A stretch of DNA of 56,959 nucleotides from positions 1 to 56,959 of the IMG/VR virus record IMGVR_UViG_3300030098_005115; one strand, given 5' to 3'. Source of the stretch: a virus. Taxonomy: Duplodnaviria; Caudoviricetes. This document shows, piece by piece, positions 30,404 to 38,779 of this stretch (position 1 is the first letter of the stretch; the number at the start of each line of letters is the position of its first letter). The notes beneath the pieces are model-generated. The model worked only from the letters and a program-made list of their open reading frames with translations, did not search any database and had not been told where the DNA came from. The translations under genes were made by a program, and so were the position numbers.

Positions 30404-31128
30404 AACTCATCTCCTTTTCCTTTTAATCCACCTCCACAAACTTCGTAAAAGTTGCAATATTTGATATTGCACTCCCATTGATATACAGGAGCTACTCCAA
30501 GTTCTATAGGTGGGTTTCCTTTCTTAAACCTTTTCTTTACATCTCTCCAATATTCTTTTGCTCTATCAATATAAGAGACCGGTATATGCTTTACTCGCAT
30601 ATCAGAATTATCTTTTTTATAATAAAGTAAAGCTAGTTTTTCTAGTTTCTCACCAAACTTCATCTCGTACCACCAACCATAAGTTCCTAGTTGTAGTAAG
30701 TAATTTATTGCTGGGTTTGGGTCAGGGGCCCTGCCAAATAGTTGTTTCCATTTCCAAGAATTACAGGTCTTGATGTCGTACAGAGTCTTATCCTCTGCAA
30801 TAATAACATCAAGAAAACCCCTGACGTTCACCTCTGGGATGCGGATTTCCCTCTCTATAAATATTGATGCTCCGCTAGTTTCCGCATAGTCTCGTATTGC
30901 ATTTTGAATATCCTCATGCACTAGATCTCCCATTCTAAATAACCTAAGAGTACTTTCATTAACTGGCTTTGGCTTGACTCCTGCGATGTGCTGAAAGTAA
31001 TGCTTTCGCATGCACATCCCAGAAGCAGATCCATGAAACCAAGATTGGTACCCTTCGTACCTCTTTTTTCGGTGCATCTCATTCTTTACTTTAAGCCAGT
31101 CATTATATATCTGGATTAAGTCTAGCAC
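30400..31128 (-). CDS. Cas4-like PD-(D/E)xK exonuclease
   Basis: C.RK..F, G..VH, G.LD, DIKT, Q...Y and C-terminal C....C.....C (Fe-S ligand pattern). Confidence 0.8.
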   Translation of the reverse strand: MLDLIQIYNDWLKVKNEMHRKKRYEGYQSWFHGSASGMCMRKHYFQHIAGVKPKPVNESTLRLFRMGDLVHEDIQNAIRDYAETSGASIFIEREIRIPEVNVRGFLDVIIAEDKTLYDIKTCNSWKWKQLFGRAPDPNPAINYLLQLGTYGWWYEMKFGEKLEKLALLYYKKDNSDMRVKHIPVSYIDRAKEYWRDVKKRFKKGNPPIELGVAPVYQWECNIKYCNFYEVCGGGLKGKGDEL

Positions 31129-31149
31129 AAGACCTCCAGTAAAGAATAT

Positions 31150-31227
31150 CGGGGCAGGATTTGCTTGGGTGTAGTTGTAGGAGTCCAGATTGCAAATGAA
31201 TAGTAAACCAATCTGGTTCCTGCCCCG
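31150..31227 (-). promoter_or_regulatory. structured GC-rich leader upstream of the Cas4-like gene
   Basis: CGGGGCAGGA/TCCTGCCCCG outer stem; CCAGATT/AATCTGG inner stem. Confidence 0.55.
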
Positions 31228-31245
31228 GAGGTATAGTAATTAATA

Positions 31246-31488
31246 TTAATCATCTAACTCATTAATGTAAATGTTCCAACCATCTTTAGAAAAGAGGTTT
31301 ATCTCATACTCTTGTCCATCAGATGAAGTTATTTTCATAACCCTGTAGTAGTTAGAGTTCATACCATCAAACTCTTTTACTTCTTCAAGTTTGACAGATT
31401 TTATATCGTGAATACTTATCTCAGTTTGTTTCCCTAGTGTTGTTTGCATTTTTATCCTTTCGATTAAATTCACGCTCAGCCCAAGCAT
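31246..31488 (-). CDS. hypothetical protein (start may be ATG ~31449)
   Basis: ORF track; AAGGA before MQTTLG. Confidence 0.55.
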   Translation of the reverse strand: MLGLSVNLIERIKMQTTLGKQTEISIHDIKSVKLEEVKEFDGMNSNYYRVMKITSSDGQEYEINLFSKDGWNIYINELDD

Positions 31489-31663
31489 CTAGCTCGTTTA
31501 AGCGGTGTTGTTTTATTCTGGATACATGGTCAAGAGCCCTCTTTAAACCACATATCTCTGCATAATAAAGTTCATTGTCTGGATCTTTGCTAGTCCAAAC
31601 AGACTCTATATCTGTTATGTCTTTATTGATTCTATACTTTAATTCATCTAGTGTCGTAAACAT
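31421..31663 (-). CDS. hypothetical protein
   Basis: ORF track; GGAG RBS. Confidence 0.6.
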   Translation of the reverse strand: MFTTLDELKYRINKDITDIESVWTSKDPDNELYYAEICGLKRALDHVSRIKQHRLNELDAWAEREFNRKDKNANNTRETN

Positions 31664-32056
31664 TTATTTCTCCAATGATCTTTGTGTTCTTGTTCTTTGT
31701 ACGCTTCGCTTTGAATTTTGTTCCATCTTTTTTACAGGTTCTTTTAAAATAATTTCAGTCTTTGCTTTTGCTTTTTTAACAGGCTTACCCTCTTGCTTCC
31801 TTTTAAATTCTTCTGGTGTTAGCGATAAAACTTTCTTCTCAACTGGTTTAGGTGCTAGTGGGTTCTCATCAATGATGCCTTGATTTACTTGTGATATATA
31901 TTCACATAGCACATGATAAATTTCTCTGGATATGTGAACTCTGGCACTTTCAGAAAAAAGATTAGAGTCCCTGTACCTTTTTAAAACTTTGTCTATTAGT
32001 CCTTCCATTTGAGGGTCTGGTATTAGTATTAGTTTTTGTTTCTTTTTATTTGGCAT
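31664..32056 (-). CDS. basic hypothetical protein
   Basis: ORF track. Confidence 0.6.
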   Translation of the reverse strand: MPNKKKQKLILIPDPQMEGLIDKVLKRYRDSNLFSESARVHISREIYHVLCEYISQVNQGIIDENPLAPKPVEKKVLSLTPEEFKRKQEGKPVKKAKAKTEIILKEPVKKMEQNSKRSVQRTRTQRSLEK

Positions 32057-32058
32057 GC

Positions 32059-32550
32059 TTATCCTTTCTCTATTTTCCTGATCTCATCTTTAATTTCAGA
32101 ATAGTAATTAAACTGCTTATAAGTTCTTATTTTGTGGCAATTCCTACACCTTACTTCGCATTTATCTATTTCTTTCTTGATTGTTTTCCATGTGTACCCT
32201 TGAGACACTAGACCCATTACCCCTCTCCTACCTTCTATCTTTTTCTTAACTCCCCTAACATGATCAAACTCCAGAACCCTACTATCGTTTTCGCCACAAT
32301 CAACACAACCTTTTACGAAATAATCTTTTACTATTCTTAAATAATTTTTTTTCTTTAATTCCTTTTTTCTTAGATTTATATGCTTTGCTCTTTTTACTTT
32401 TCTTTTCGGGTACCAGACTTCATTGTGGTACTTCCGAGTACATATCTTACACTTACCTTGTCTGCCATATTTTTTAGTTTTATTTATGCTGAATTTATTT
32501 AGAGACTTGAACTTTAAACACGCTCCGCATCGTTTTGTTCTTTTTGTGAT
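32059..32550 (-). CDS. HNH endonuclease, absent from ORF track; probable ATC start
   Basis: Own translation: CGAC...CKIC...CVDCG...LEFDHV...KCEVRCRNCHKIRT; 163 aa. Confidence 0.8.
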   Translation of the reverse strand: MTKRTKRCGACLKFKSLNKFSINKTKKYGRQGKCKICTRKYHNEVWYPKRKVKRAKHINLRKKELKKKNYLRIVKDYFVKGCVDCGENDSRVLEFDHVRGVKKKIEGRRGVMGLVSQGYTWKTIKKEIDKCEVRCRNCHKIRTYKQFNYYSEIKDEIRKIEKG

Positions 32551-32646
32551 AGTTCACTACCCCAGTATTCATTTTGTTTATGAAATTCATTTATCAATAA
32601 CGAAAATGTACAGTCCAACAATGCAATTAAGCCACTCTTAAATAAA

Positions 32647-32811
32647 TTATTTTTCATCATCATCTTTTAGAAGGCTATTAATCTTAGCCTCAATGCTATT
32701 TAACCTATAAGCTATGCTTATAAAAAACAATAAGATAAAAAGCACAAAGGCTTCCCAACCTAAAATAAAAGATAGGTTGTCGTTAAACAGTGAATCAAAA
32801 TAGTGTTTCAT
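32647..32811 (-). CDS. small membrane protein (54 aa)
   Basis: MKHYFDSLF...AFVLFILLFFISIAYR; AGGAGG RBS. Confidence 0.6.
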   Translation of the reverse strand: MKHYFDSLFNDNLSFILGWEAFVLFILLFFISIAYRLNSIEAKINSLLKDDDEK

Positions 32812-33038
32812 TAAGTCCTCCTTGCAGTTACTTGTCTTTCCATTTCTTTTTCTCTGGTACTCGCAACATGATCTATCCGACTTTGTAAATCTTCATCTAC
32901 AAAATTACGACAAGCCAACAATATTTCAATTAAAGTTTGGCAAGTTCGAGTCCTAATTAAAGTAGGATCTATGTGCATAAAATTATATACTGGGTCTGTG
33001 TTATCGTTTACTCTCATTTTATTCCCTTTCCTAAACAA
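32811..33038 (-). CDS. hypothetical protein
   Basis: ORF track. Confidence 0.55.
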   Translation of the reverse strand: MFRKGNKMRVNDNTDPVYNFMHIDPTLIRTRTCQTLIEILLACRNFVDEDLQSRIDHVASTREKEMERQVTARRT

Positions 33039-33301
33039 CTATTTGTAATTTGAAAAATCAAATCAAGTAGTTCTGCTTTGTTAATTTGAGGATAGTCTTC
33101 TAGGTTGTTTGTAAGTTCATTGATTCTCAAAAGCCCCTCCTCATACCTTTTCTGTAGCTCGGTTGCTTTTACCAAAAGCGTTTCTATCTCTAGTAGCATT
33201 TCATTATGACTAACCACACTAAGCCTGACCCGTTTCAAAAAAGCTTTCGCCCTCATTAGCTTCTTTTTGCATCTGAGAAATCTCATCCTTAAAGTCTTCA
33301 A
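33014..33301 (-). CDS. hypothetical coiled-coil protein (start uncertain)
   Basis: ORF track; 5' part overlaps the next gene. Confidence 0.5.
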   Translation of the reverse strand: MKTLRMRFLRCKKKLMRAKAFLKRVRLSVVSHNEMLLEIETLLVKATELQKRYEEGLLRINELTNNLEDYPQINKAELLDLIFQITNSCLGKGIK

Positions 33302-33533
33302 TTAATCTTTTTAATGGTTCTGGTTCACAATTGTAAAAACAGGCGATGTGAGTAGCGTGAAGCTTAGACATAACACTGCTAATCATGTGGTTCAAGTCCT
33401 GTCCTGATATATTATTAAACTTACACATATTAACAAAGTTTGTAAGTGCATTTAGCATAGAAGAATTTAGTATTTCGCAATATAGATTAAACTCATCATC
33501 GCTTAAGTAATCTTTTGTTTTCTCTTTACTCAT
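33219..33533 (-). CDS. hypothetical protein
   Basis: ORF track; GGGGTGAG RBS. Confidence 0.6.
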   Translation of the reverse strand: MSKEKTKDYLSDDEFNLYCEILNSSMLNALTNFVNMCKFNNISGQDLNHMISSVMSKLHATHIACFYNCEPEPLKRLIEDFKDEISQMQKEANEGESFFETGQA

Positions 33534-33545
33534 TACTCACCCCCT

Positions 33546-33818
33546 TTAGTTAGTGTATTCTAAGTTATGTCTCCACAATGAAACCTCTTCTGTGTTGACT
33601 CTATTTTTACAATCAGACTGAACGCCATCTTTTATTTCGATATATATTTTTTCATTATCGTAATCCAAAAAATTAGCATGGACAAAACCACCACTAATTC
33701 TATCCAAACCCCAAGCCCTTTTCTGCTCAATCTCAATTTGGTTTAGCCTTTCACTTAGTTGTGCAATTTCTTTTACGCTTAGTTTATTTTTATTAGGCAT
33801 CTTTACTTCTTTACTCAT
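33546..33818 (-). CDS. hypothetical protein (start at MSKEVK)
   Basis: GGAGGAG RBS before ATG 33818. Confidence 0.6.
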   Translation of the reverse strand: MSKEVKMPNKNKLSVKEIAQLSERLNQIEIEQKRAWGLDRISGGFVHANFLDYDNEKIYIEIKDGVQSDCKNRVNTEEVSLWRHNLEYTN

Positions 33819-33976
33819 TACTCCTCCTCCTCTGATTTGTCTAGTTTTATTCTCCAATACTTTTGATCCTCTGATATATAATGTTCAGCGTGTTCTTCTA
33901 ATTCCTTCTTTGCATCCTCATAAGATTCAGCTTCTATAATCCCACTAGATTCTATCGTCCAATAATATTCTTTCAT
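33818..33976 (-). CDS. small acidic protein (52 aa)
   Basis: MKEYYWTIESSGIIEAESYEDAKK...; coupled on both sides. Confidence 0.6.
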   Translation of the reverse strand: MKEYYWTIESSGIIEAESYEDAKKELEEHAEHYISEDQKYWRIKLDKSEEEE

Positions 33977-34314
33977 TACTTACCTCCTAAATATGGTTTT
34001 AGTTCATCTTTATATCGTTTAGGCAATCTTCCAAAATTTGTACCTTTTATTATCTTCCCACATTTATGAACATCAGCATAATCAAGTACATAGCAATCAT
34101 TACCATCATCTTTCCATTTTTGAATTGTAATTCTGTGAGTATCATTATTGATAGCATCAACAATTCCCTTTTTAGCTTTAGTGCTTTTACCAAATAATTC
34201 GAAAAGAGAATCTCCAAAATCAAAATCTTCTGTATCCCACGCTTCTAATCCATCTTCACCAATATGCAAATTAGAGATTGATTCCCAATGCCATTCGTAA
34301 AAGTATTTACTCAT
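33976..34314 (-). CDS. hypothetical early protein
   Basis: ORF track; AAGGAG RBS. Confidence 0.7.
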   Translation of the reverse strand: MSKYFYEWHWESISNLHIGEDGLEAWDTEDFDFGDSLFELFGKSTKAKKGIVDAINNDTHRITIQKWKDDGNDCYVLDYADVHKCGKIIKGTNFGRLPKRYKDELKPYLGGK

Positions 34315-34361
34315 TATTTAACTCCTTGTTTTGTGGCATTTTTTTCTGATGCCGTTTCTTA

Positions 34362-34389
34362 TTATACGCTTAAAAATTTAAAAAGTTCC
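34362..34389 (-). promoter_or_regulatory. ECF-like promoter GGAAC-N17-GTATAA
   Basis: One of 4-5 copies upstream of early genes. Confidence 0.7.
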
Positions 34390-34833
34390 AAATGTATTTT
34401 TTACTCTTCTAGCAAAATCTTTCTTTGCTAGTCTTTCGTCATCATACTTTCCTCTGGCAACATCTTCTTCTTGTATTTGGTCAAAAAATGCAGAAAGTGT
34501 TTTCTCATTAACATTGTTAGTATCGAAAAGTTTTTCTATGTGCCTAACGTATCTGTGAAATGTGCCTTTTAAATTTTGAAAATTTCTGGTCGAATAAACT
34601 TGGTATTCATCATCCCACCATATCTCGATGTAATAAATAGGTCTGACATATTTATTATGGTCGTGATTATCTGGTTCATAATCAACGTGTTTAAAATCAA
34701 TGCTAATATGATTTACATCTGGAAGATTCAAATAAAATGCAGTGTATTCACAATCAAATACATTAATATAATCATCCCACTTTTCCCTAGATAAGTCTGG
34801 CTTCCACTTGTATTTACCATGTTTAACTTTCAT
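34378..34833 (-). CDS. hypothetical early protein
   Basis: ORF track; AGGAG RBS. Confidence 0.7.
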   Translation of the reverse strand: MKVKHGKYKWKPDLSREKWDDYINVFDCEYTAFYLNLPDVNHISIDFKHVDYEPDNHDHNKYVRPIYYIEIWWDDEYQVYSTRNFQNLKGTFHRYVRHIEKLFDTNNVNEKTLSAFFDQIQEEDVARGKYDDERLAKKDFARRVKNTFGTF

Positions 34834-34878
34834 TATTTCTCCTTTTTTTGTGGCACTTTTTTTGTGTGCCGTTTACTC

Positions 34879-34907
34879 TTATACGCACTAAGTTTCCAAA
34901 AAGTTCC
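34879..34907 (-). promoter_or_regulatory. ECF-like promoter GGAAC-N18-GTATAA
   Basis: Repeated motif; followed by a GGCAC/GTGCC hairpin. Confidence 0.65.
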
Positions 34908-34918
34908 CAACTTTTTTT

Positions 34919-35224
34919 TCACTCCTTATTTATATATGTATCTTTTTCTAAAATTCGATAACGATACTTTGAACTTTGAAAACTAACTTTTGAAATTTCA
35001 ATAAATTCCACAAGCTTCTTGTCTTCCCATAATAATATAGTCCTTACATAATCCAGTACATCTTTATTAATCCGTTCATTTTTGTAACTCAACATTCTTA
35101 CAGAACTTCCATCAAACTCATCGGTAGTCAGTTCAATGTCGCTAGGGTCTCCCCCACAAATGCCAAATAAGAGCATTATCTTAGCCTCTACGGGCGTTTT
35201 GTGATTGTAGCTATACTTATACAT
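34919..35224 (-). CDS. hypothetical protein
   Basis: ORF track. Confidence 0.6.
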   Translation of the reverse strand: MYKYSYNHKTPVEAKIMLLFGICGGDPSDIELTTDEFDGSSVRMLSYKNERINKDVLDYVRTILLWEDKKLVEFIEISKVSFQSSKYRYRILEKDTYINKE

Positions 35225-35486
35225 AGCCAGACCAATCAGTCTTCATATGGATTGGATAGTTATCCCCCCTTAAATTCAAGATATTATAATCATTCCACTC
35301 TACTGCATCGTGCAAATCAAACCCTTCGTGTAACATTAGCAAATCTATTATCTTGTCGGTATCGTAAACGAGTACTGGCGTATCGTTTATTGCTATACCA
35401 ATAATTGCCTTGTCTAAATAATCTGGTTCAAGTATTACTGCATCTGGATTTATTCCTGATAGCACTTCTCTAAAATCATTACCCAT
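35217..35486 (-). CDS. hypothetical phage protein
   Basis: ORF track; coupled on both sides. Confidence 0.65.
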   Translation of the reverse strand: MGNDFREVLSGINPDAVILEPDYLDKAIIGIAINDTPVLVYDTDKIIDLLMLHEGFDLHDAVEWNDYNILNLRGDNYPIHMKTDWSGYV

Positions 35487-36045
35487 TTTTCATAGCCTCT
35501 TTTAATATTTTTATACTGCTTCTCTTGTCGTAAGTCTCTTTGATAATATTTCTTTGAAAAGCACCAAAACGATTAAATTCCATAATTATTATTGGAACAT
35601 ATTCAATCCAATCAAAGTTGTCCGCCCACCATGAAATATAATCCTCTAGTCGGACATCAGTAACTCTTGAGTAGTTTTCTATTTCTATTAAAAAAATACC
35701 TGATGTTTGATCAAAATAATAACCATCTGGAGTTCTTCTGCATCTTTCATAGTCCGCACTCTCTTCAAATAGATTCTCTTGGTAGATTTGTGCTTGTTTG
35801 TGAAAATCATAAAACCTAACAAGTGGAAATTTTTTATGGATTGCTTTTACTTGGTTGATTTGCTTTATAAGTGTTTCATTCTTAACACCCCTGCCTCTCT
35901 TCTTTGAAACATTTATCATCCTTACCTCTTCAAACTTTTGGACATCCTCGAAAGAGTTGATTGTTTTCCAATCTCTTGGATTTTTAGTCTTTCTTTTTCT
36001 TACTAACGTTTTTAGTTGTTTTTCATAGGTCTGTTTAATTGTCAT
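35479..36045 (-). CDS. hypothetical protein, possible PD-(D/E)xK fold
   Basis: TPDG...LIEIE. Confidence 0.55.
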   Translation of the reverse strand: MTIKQTYEKQLKTLVRKRKTKNPRDWKTINSFEDVQKFEEVRMINVSKKRGRGVKNETLIKQINQVKAIHKKFPLVRFYDFHKQAQIYQENLFEESADYERCRRTPDGYYFDQTSGIFLIEIENYSRVTDVRLEDYISWWADNFDWIEYVPIIIMEFNRFGAFQRNIIKETYDKRSSIKILKEAMKNG

Positions 36046-36428
36046 TGACTCGCCTTATTTTCAAAATATTCTTGAATCTCATCTTGCATTACAGACCTCT
36101 GTGCTTTTCTCAAAAGCTGATCTGATTCTGTAAGTTGTTTTTTTAATTTCTTAATTTTCATTTCCCTTCTCTCAACCCTTCTCTCGTGCCTTAGCTTATC
36201 TTCTAATTCGCTAAGATACATAAACTTAAAATCATTTGTATTATCTATCTTTAATTGAAGTAGGTTAGCGGAGATATAAACTGCTAGATCTAAAGCCTCT
36301 TCTAGTGCTTCTCTTGTCCAATCTCTACCATCGTGAATATTTATTTCGCCACCATACTCAGACTTACCCTTGTCTAGTCTATATTTAATTAACTTAATAA
36401 TCTCTTTGTTGTATCCTTTTACCCTCAT
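36042..36428 (-). CDS. MazG-like all-alpha NTP pyrophosphohydrolase
   Basis: G..EYG...W..EALEEALDLAVY. Confidence 0.55.
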   Translation of the reverse strand: MRVKGYNKEIIKLIKYRLDKGKSEYGGEINIHDGRDWTREALEEALDLAVYISANLLQLKIDNTNDFKFMYLSELEDKLRHERRVERREMKIKKLKKQLTESDQLLRKAQRSVMQDEIQEYFENKASQ

Positions 36429-36706
36429 CTTTATCCTTTTATTTAGCTATGAAAAAGACAAACCCATTCTGGTAGAACCATACAAGAGTTGTCCAGATCC
36501 ATAAACTTATTGATATTCTGTAAATTACTTTAATTATAGGAATTACTTGTTGCATTGTAAAATCGTTACCTCCGTTTGTAATTGAACTATCTCGGTCTCT
36601 GCCAAATTTAACTCCTTGCGGTAATTTTCTATGATTTTATTTTTTTGATAGTTATTTACAAAAGCGGATACGACTACAATCGCTAGTATTATATTATATA
36701 TGGGCA

Positions 36707-36928
36707 TTAGTCTTGCCCCATGTCTGGGTCTGGTTCGTAGTCAGTAAACCATTCTAAAACATCTCCACAATCATCGCAGACTCTGCAACCTTGAATATTT
36801 AATTCTGGCTCGTGTCCTATTTCCTCAATGCTATTGTGCGGACACTCCTTAACTTTTGTTGGTTGGTTAAAGAGTGCTTGTGCTTCTTGATAATCAAAGT
36901 CTAATAATAGTTCTTTTATTCTACCCAT
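36707..36928 (-). CDS. hypothetical Zn-binding protein
   Basis: CPH...CRVCDDCG. Confidence 0.6.
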   Translation of the reverse strand: MGRIKELLLDFDYQEAQALFNQPTKVKECPHNSIEEIGHEPELNIQGCRVCDDCGDVLEWFTDYEPDPDMGQD

Positions 36929-36957
36929 TTTATTTTCCTTTATTCAAGTCTCGTTAG

Positions 36958-37245
36958 TTAATCTATAATCTCATACGAATAAAAGCCGTTTGAACTTTTT
37001 ACAATTTTTAAATCATAAAAAAAATCATTTTCAGCTATGTTATTAATTTCATCCCATAAATCATGCTCCTCTAATTTGACTGGGTAACACCAATAAATAT
37101 TATCATTACAAATGATTACTGTTTTTGCGTTTTGTACGTCAATGCTGTTTGGATCTCTTGTTCTTTTCATGTTTTGAATACCATCATAATAATTATTCCA
37201 ATAATCATTCGATTTTGTTTTTATATCATATTTATTTTTTTTCAT
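36958..37245 (-). CDS. hypothetical protein
   Basis: ORF track; AAGGA RBS. Confidence 0.6.
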   Translation of the reverse strand: MKKNKYDIKTKSNDYWNNYYDGIQNMKRTRDPNSIDVQNAKTVIICNDNIYWCYPVKLEEHDLWDEINNIAENDFFYDLKIVKSSNGFYSYEIID

Positions 37246-37284
37246 TTTGTTATCTATCCTTTCGTTAGTTACTTATATAACTAC

Positions 37285-37500
37285 TTACTTACTATTTTGT
37301 TCCAACTTATTTTTATTTACGTTTAAAACATCTTCATATTCTTTTTCTATTTGAGTTTTCTCTTCATCGGGAAACCCGTACCAATCGTCTGCTTTTTCAA
37401 GTAAATAAATAATTTCTTGCATCGGATCATAAGATTTATTTATTATCCAATCTGCAATTTTTTGATATTTTTTACGCATTTTATACTTAATCTCCTTCAT
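37285..37500 (-). CDS. hypothetical protein
   Basis: ORF track. Confidence 0.55.
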   Translation of the reverse strand: MKEIKYKMRKKYQKIADWIINKSYDPMQEIIYLLEKADDWYGFPDEEKTQIEKEYEDVLNVNKNKLEQNSK

Positions 37501-37786
37501 GCTTTTTTATTGCTTCCTCTCGCTCCTCCCATAGAAACTCAGCTACTTCATAGAAATTAACCTCTTTTATAGAACTGTTTACCATGTCAGAAATAAACCC
37601 ATGCGGAAAGCTACAATCATCCGCCATTTCCAGAGCCCATTCTTCTAGCTTTTTACTTAACTCATGCACATCCTCAGAATCAGAGGCGAGTTCTAGGGAG
37701 TGCCTATAATCCTCTTCTTCGTTTGTTATCCACAAATTAAAGTTCCAAGTCTCATAATTTGTCCAACCGTTATATTCTTTATTCAT
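37487..37786 (-). CDS. hypothetical phage early protein (YNGWTNYETW motif)
   Basis: ORF track; AGGAG RBS. Confidence 0.7.
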   Translation of the reverse strand: MNKEYNGWTNYETWNFNLWITNEEEDYRHSLELASDSEDVHELSKKLEEWALEMADDCSFPHGFISDMVNSSIKEVNFYEVAEFLWEEREEAIKKHEGD

Positions 37787-37994
37787 TGTTAGAATCTCCT
37801 TTTATTTCCCAAGTCAACCAATTTTCAAACATTCTTTGTATTTGTAATGATGACTTGCTCATTAAAAAAACAGAATTAAAACTAGATTTATTTACTGATG
37901 GATTATGTACCATTGTTTTCTTCATCTCAGAATTTAAAGACCTCCACCAATGGAGTGCCTTTATTCTGGTATTGTTTACCTCTATTTGTTTCAT
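37779..37994 (-). CDS. hypothetical protein
   Basis: ORF track; AGGAG RBS. Confidence 0.65.
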   Translation of the reverse strand: MKQIEVNNTRIKALHWWRSLNSEMKKTMVHNPSVNKSSFNSVFLMSKSSLQIQRMFENWLTWEIKGDSNNE

Positions 37995-38033
37995 TTTATT
38001 TACTCCTATTATTTATTGTTGTTTGTTTACTTG

Positions 38034-38061
38034 TTATACTACACTTTTAAAATAAAGTTCC
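38034..38061 (-). promoter_or_regulatory. ECF-like promoter GGAAC-N17-GTATAA
   Basis: Repeated motif upstream of the start at 37994. Confidence 0.7.
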
Positions 38062-38116
38062 CATTTATTCTTTTTTCTCATTTTATTTAAAATTTTCTTA
38101 TCTTTAACTATATTCA

Positions 38117-38305
38117 TTAATAGCACTCGCCCTTTTCGATGTTTGGTATTTGTTTTAATACCTCTTTTATTGTGTCCTCATGGATAGTTCCGCAACCATC
38201 CCAATTATAACCATCTTTTAAAACAAGCCAATACCCATCTAAATCCTTATAATACGACTCTATTCTTTTATCTTTTTTAATTATTTTATTTAATATTTTA
38301 CTCAT
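38117..38305 (-). CDS. hypothetical protein
   Basis: ORF track. Confidence 0.6.
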   Translation of the reverse strand: MSKILNKIIKKDKRIESYYKDLDGYWLVLKDGYNWDGCGTIHEDTIKEVLKQIPNIEKGECY

Positions 38306-38384
38306 TTTTTAATATCCTTTTTTTGTTGTTAAATAAATTTTGAAAAGTCATGTTTAGGACTTTTTAAGTCCTTAAAAACTTTTA

Positions 38385-38468
38385 TTAATCAAATAATTTA
38401 TTCCCTATGATGGCAAATATAATAAACCCAACCACCATAAAAATAATCTCAAATATTGTTATCCACAT
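38385..38468 (-). CDS. 27-aa membrane peptide
   Basis: MWITIFEIIFMVVGFIIFAIIGNKLFD; GAGG RBS. Confidence 0.45.
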   Translation of the reverse strand: MWITIFEIIFMVVGFIIFAIIGNKLFD

Positions 38469-38469
38469 T

Positions 38470-38667
38470 TTATTTACCTCTTAGTTTAAGTATTTCAATT
38501 CTCCATTCTTTAAATTCTTTATAGGTCATTGTTCTTATATTTGGTGATCCGTATCTATAGAACGATTCAACTGTAACAGTATTACCTTTTCTAATCATTG
38601 TAGTCATAGCGGTATCATTCCAATTAACCTCTTTTTTTGATTCATTATTTTTGAGCGTAAGTATCAT
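38470..38667 (-). CDS. hypothetical protein
   Basis: ORF track; AAGGAG RBS. Confidence 0.65.
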   Translation of the reverse strand: MILTLKNNESKKEVNWNDTAMTTMIRKGNTVTVESFYRYGSPNIRTMTYKEFKEWRIEILKLRGK

Positions 38668-38696
38668 TTTATTACTCCTTGTTTGTTGTTTAGTTG

Positions 38697-38724
38697 TTAT
38701 ACTTTATTAAGTTTATTTAGTTCC
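38697..38724 (-). promoter_or_regulatory. ECF-like promoter GGAAC-N17-GTATAA
   Basis: Repeated motif upstream of the start at 38667. Confidence 0.7.
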
Positions 38725-38735
38725 AATTTTATTTG

Positions 38736-38779
38736 TAGGCGGTTAAGGAATCGAACCTTATCAAGTACCATACCGCCTA
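38736..38779 (-). ncRNA. miniature tRNA-like element (acceptor-like stem plus T-arm, no anticodon arm)
   Basis: TAGGCGGT-ATGGTACTTGA-TAAGG-TTCGATT-CCTTA-ACCGCCTA. Confidence 0.55.

Noticed and set aside
30400-31128. Cas4-like gene as part of a CRISPR-Cas system
   Set aside because: No repeat-spacer array or other cas genes seen; solo Cas4-like nucleases are common in phage recombination modules.
27663-38467. Perfect DnaA boxes TTATCCACA at 27663, 37726 and 38459
   Set aside because: Scattered, and each falls in minus-strand coding sequence as Trp-Ile codons; not clustered at the AT tract.
38736-38779. Functional tRNA gene or attP site
   Set aside because: No D-stem, anticodon arm or CCA, and no integrase present; kept only as a tRNA-like element.
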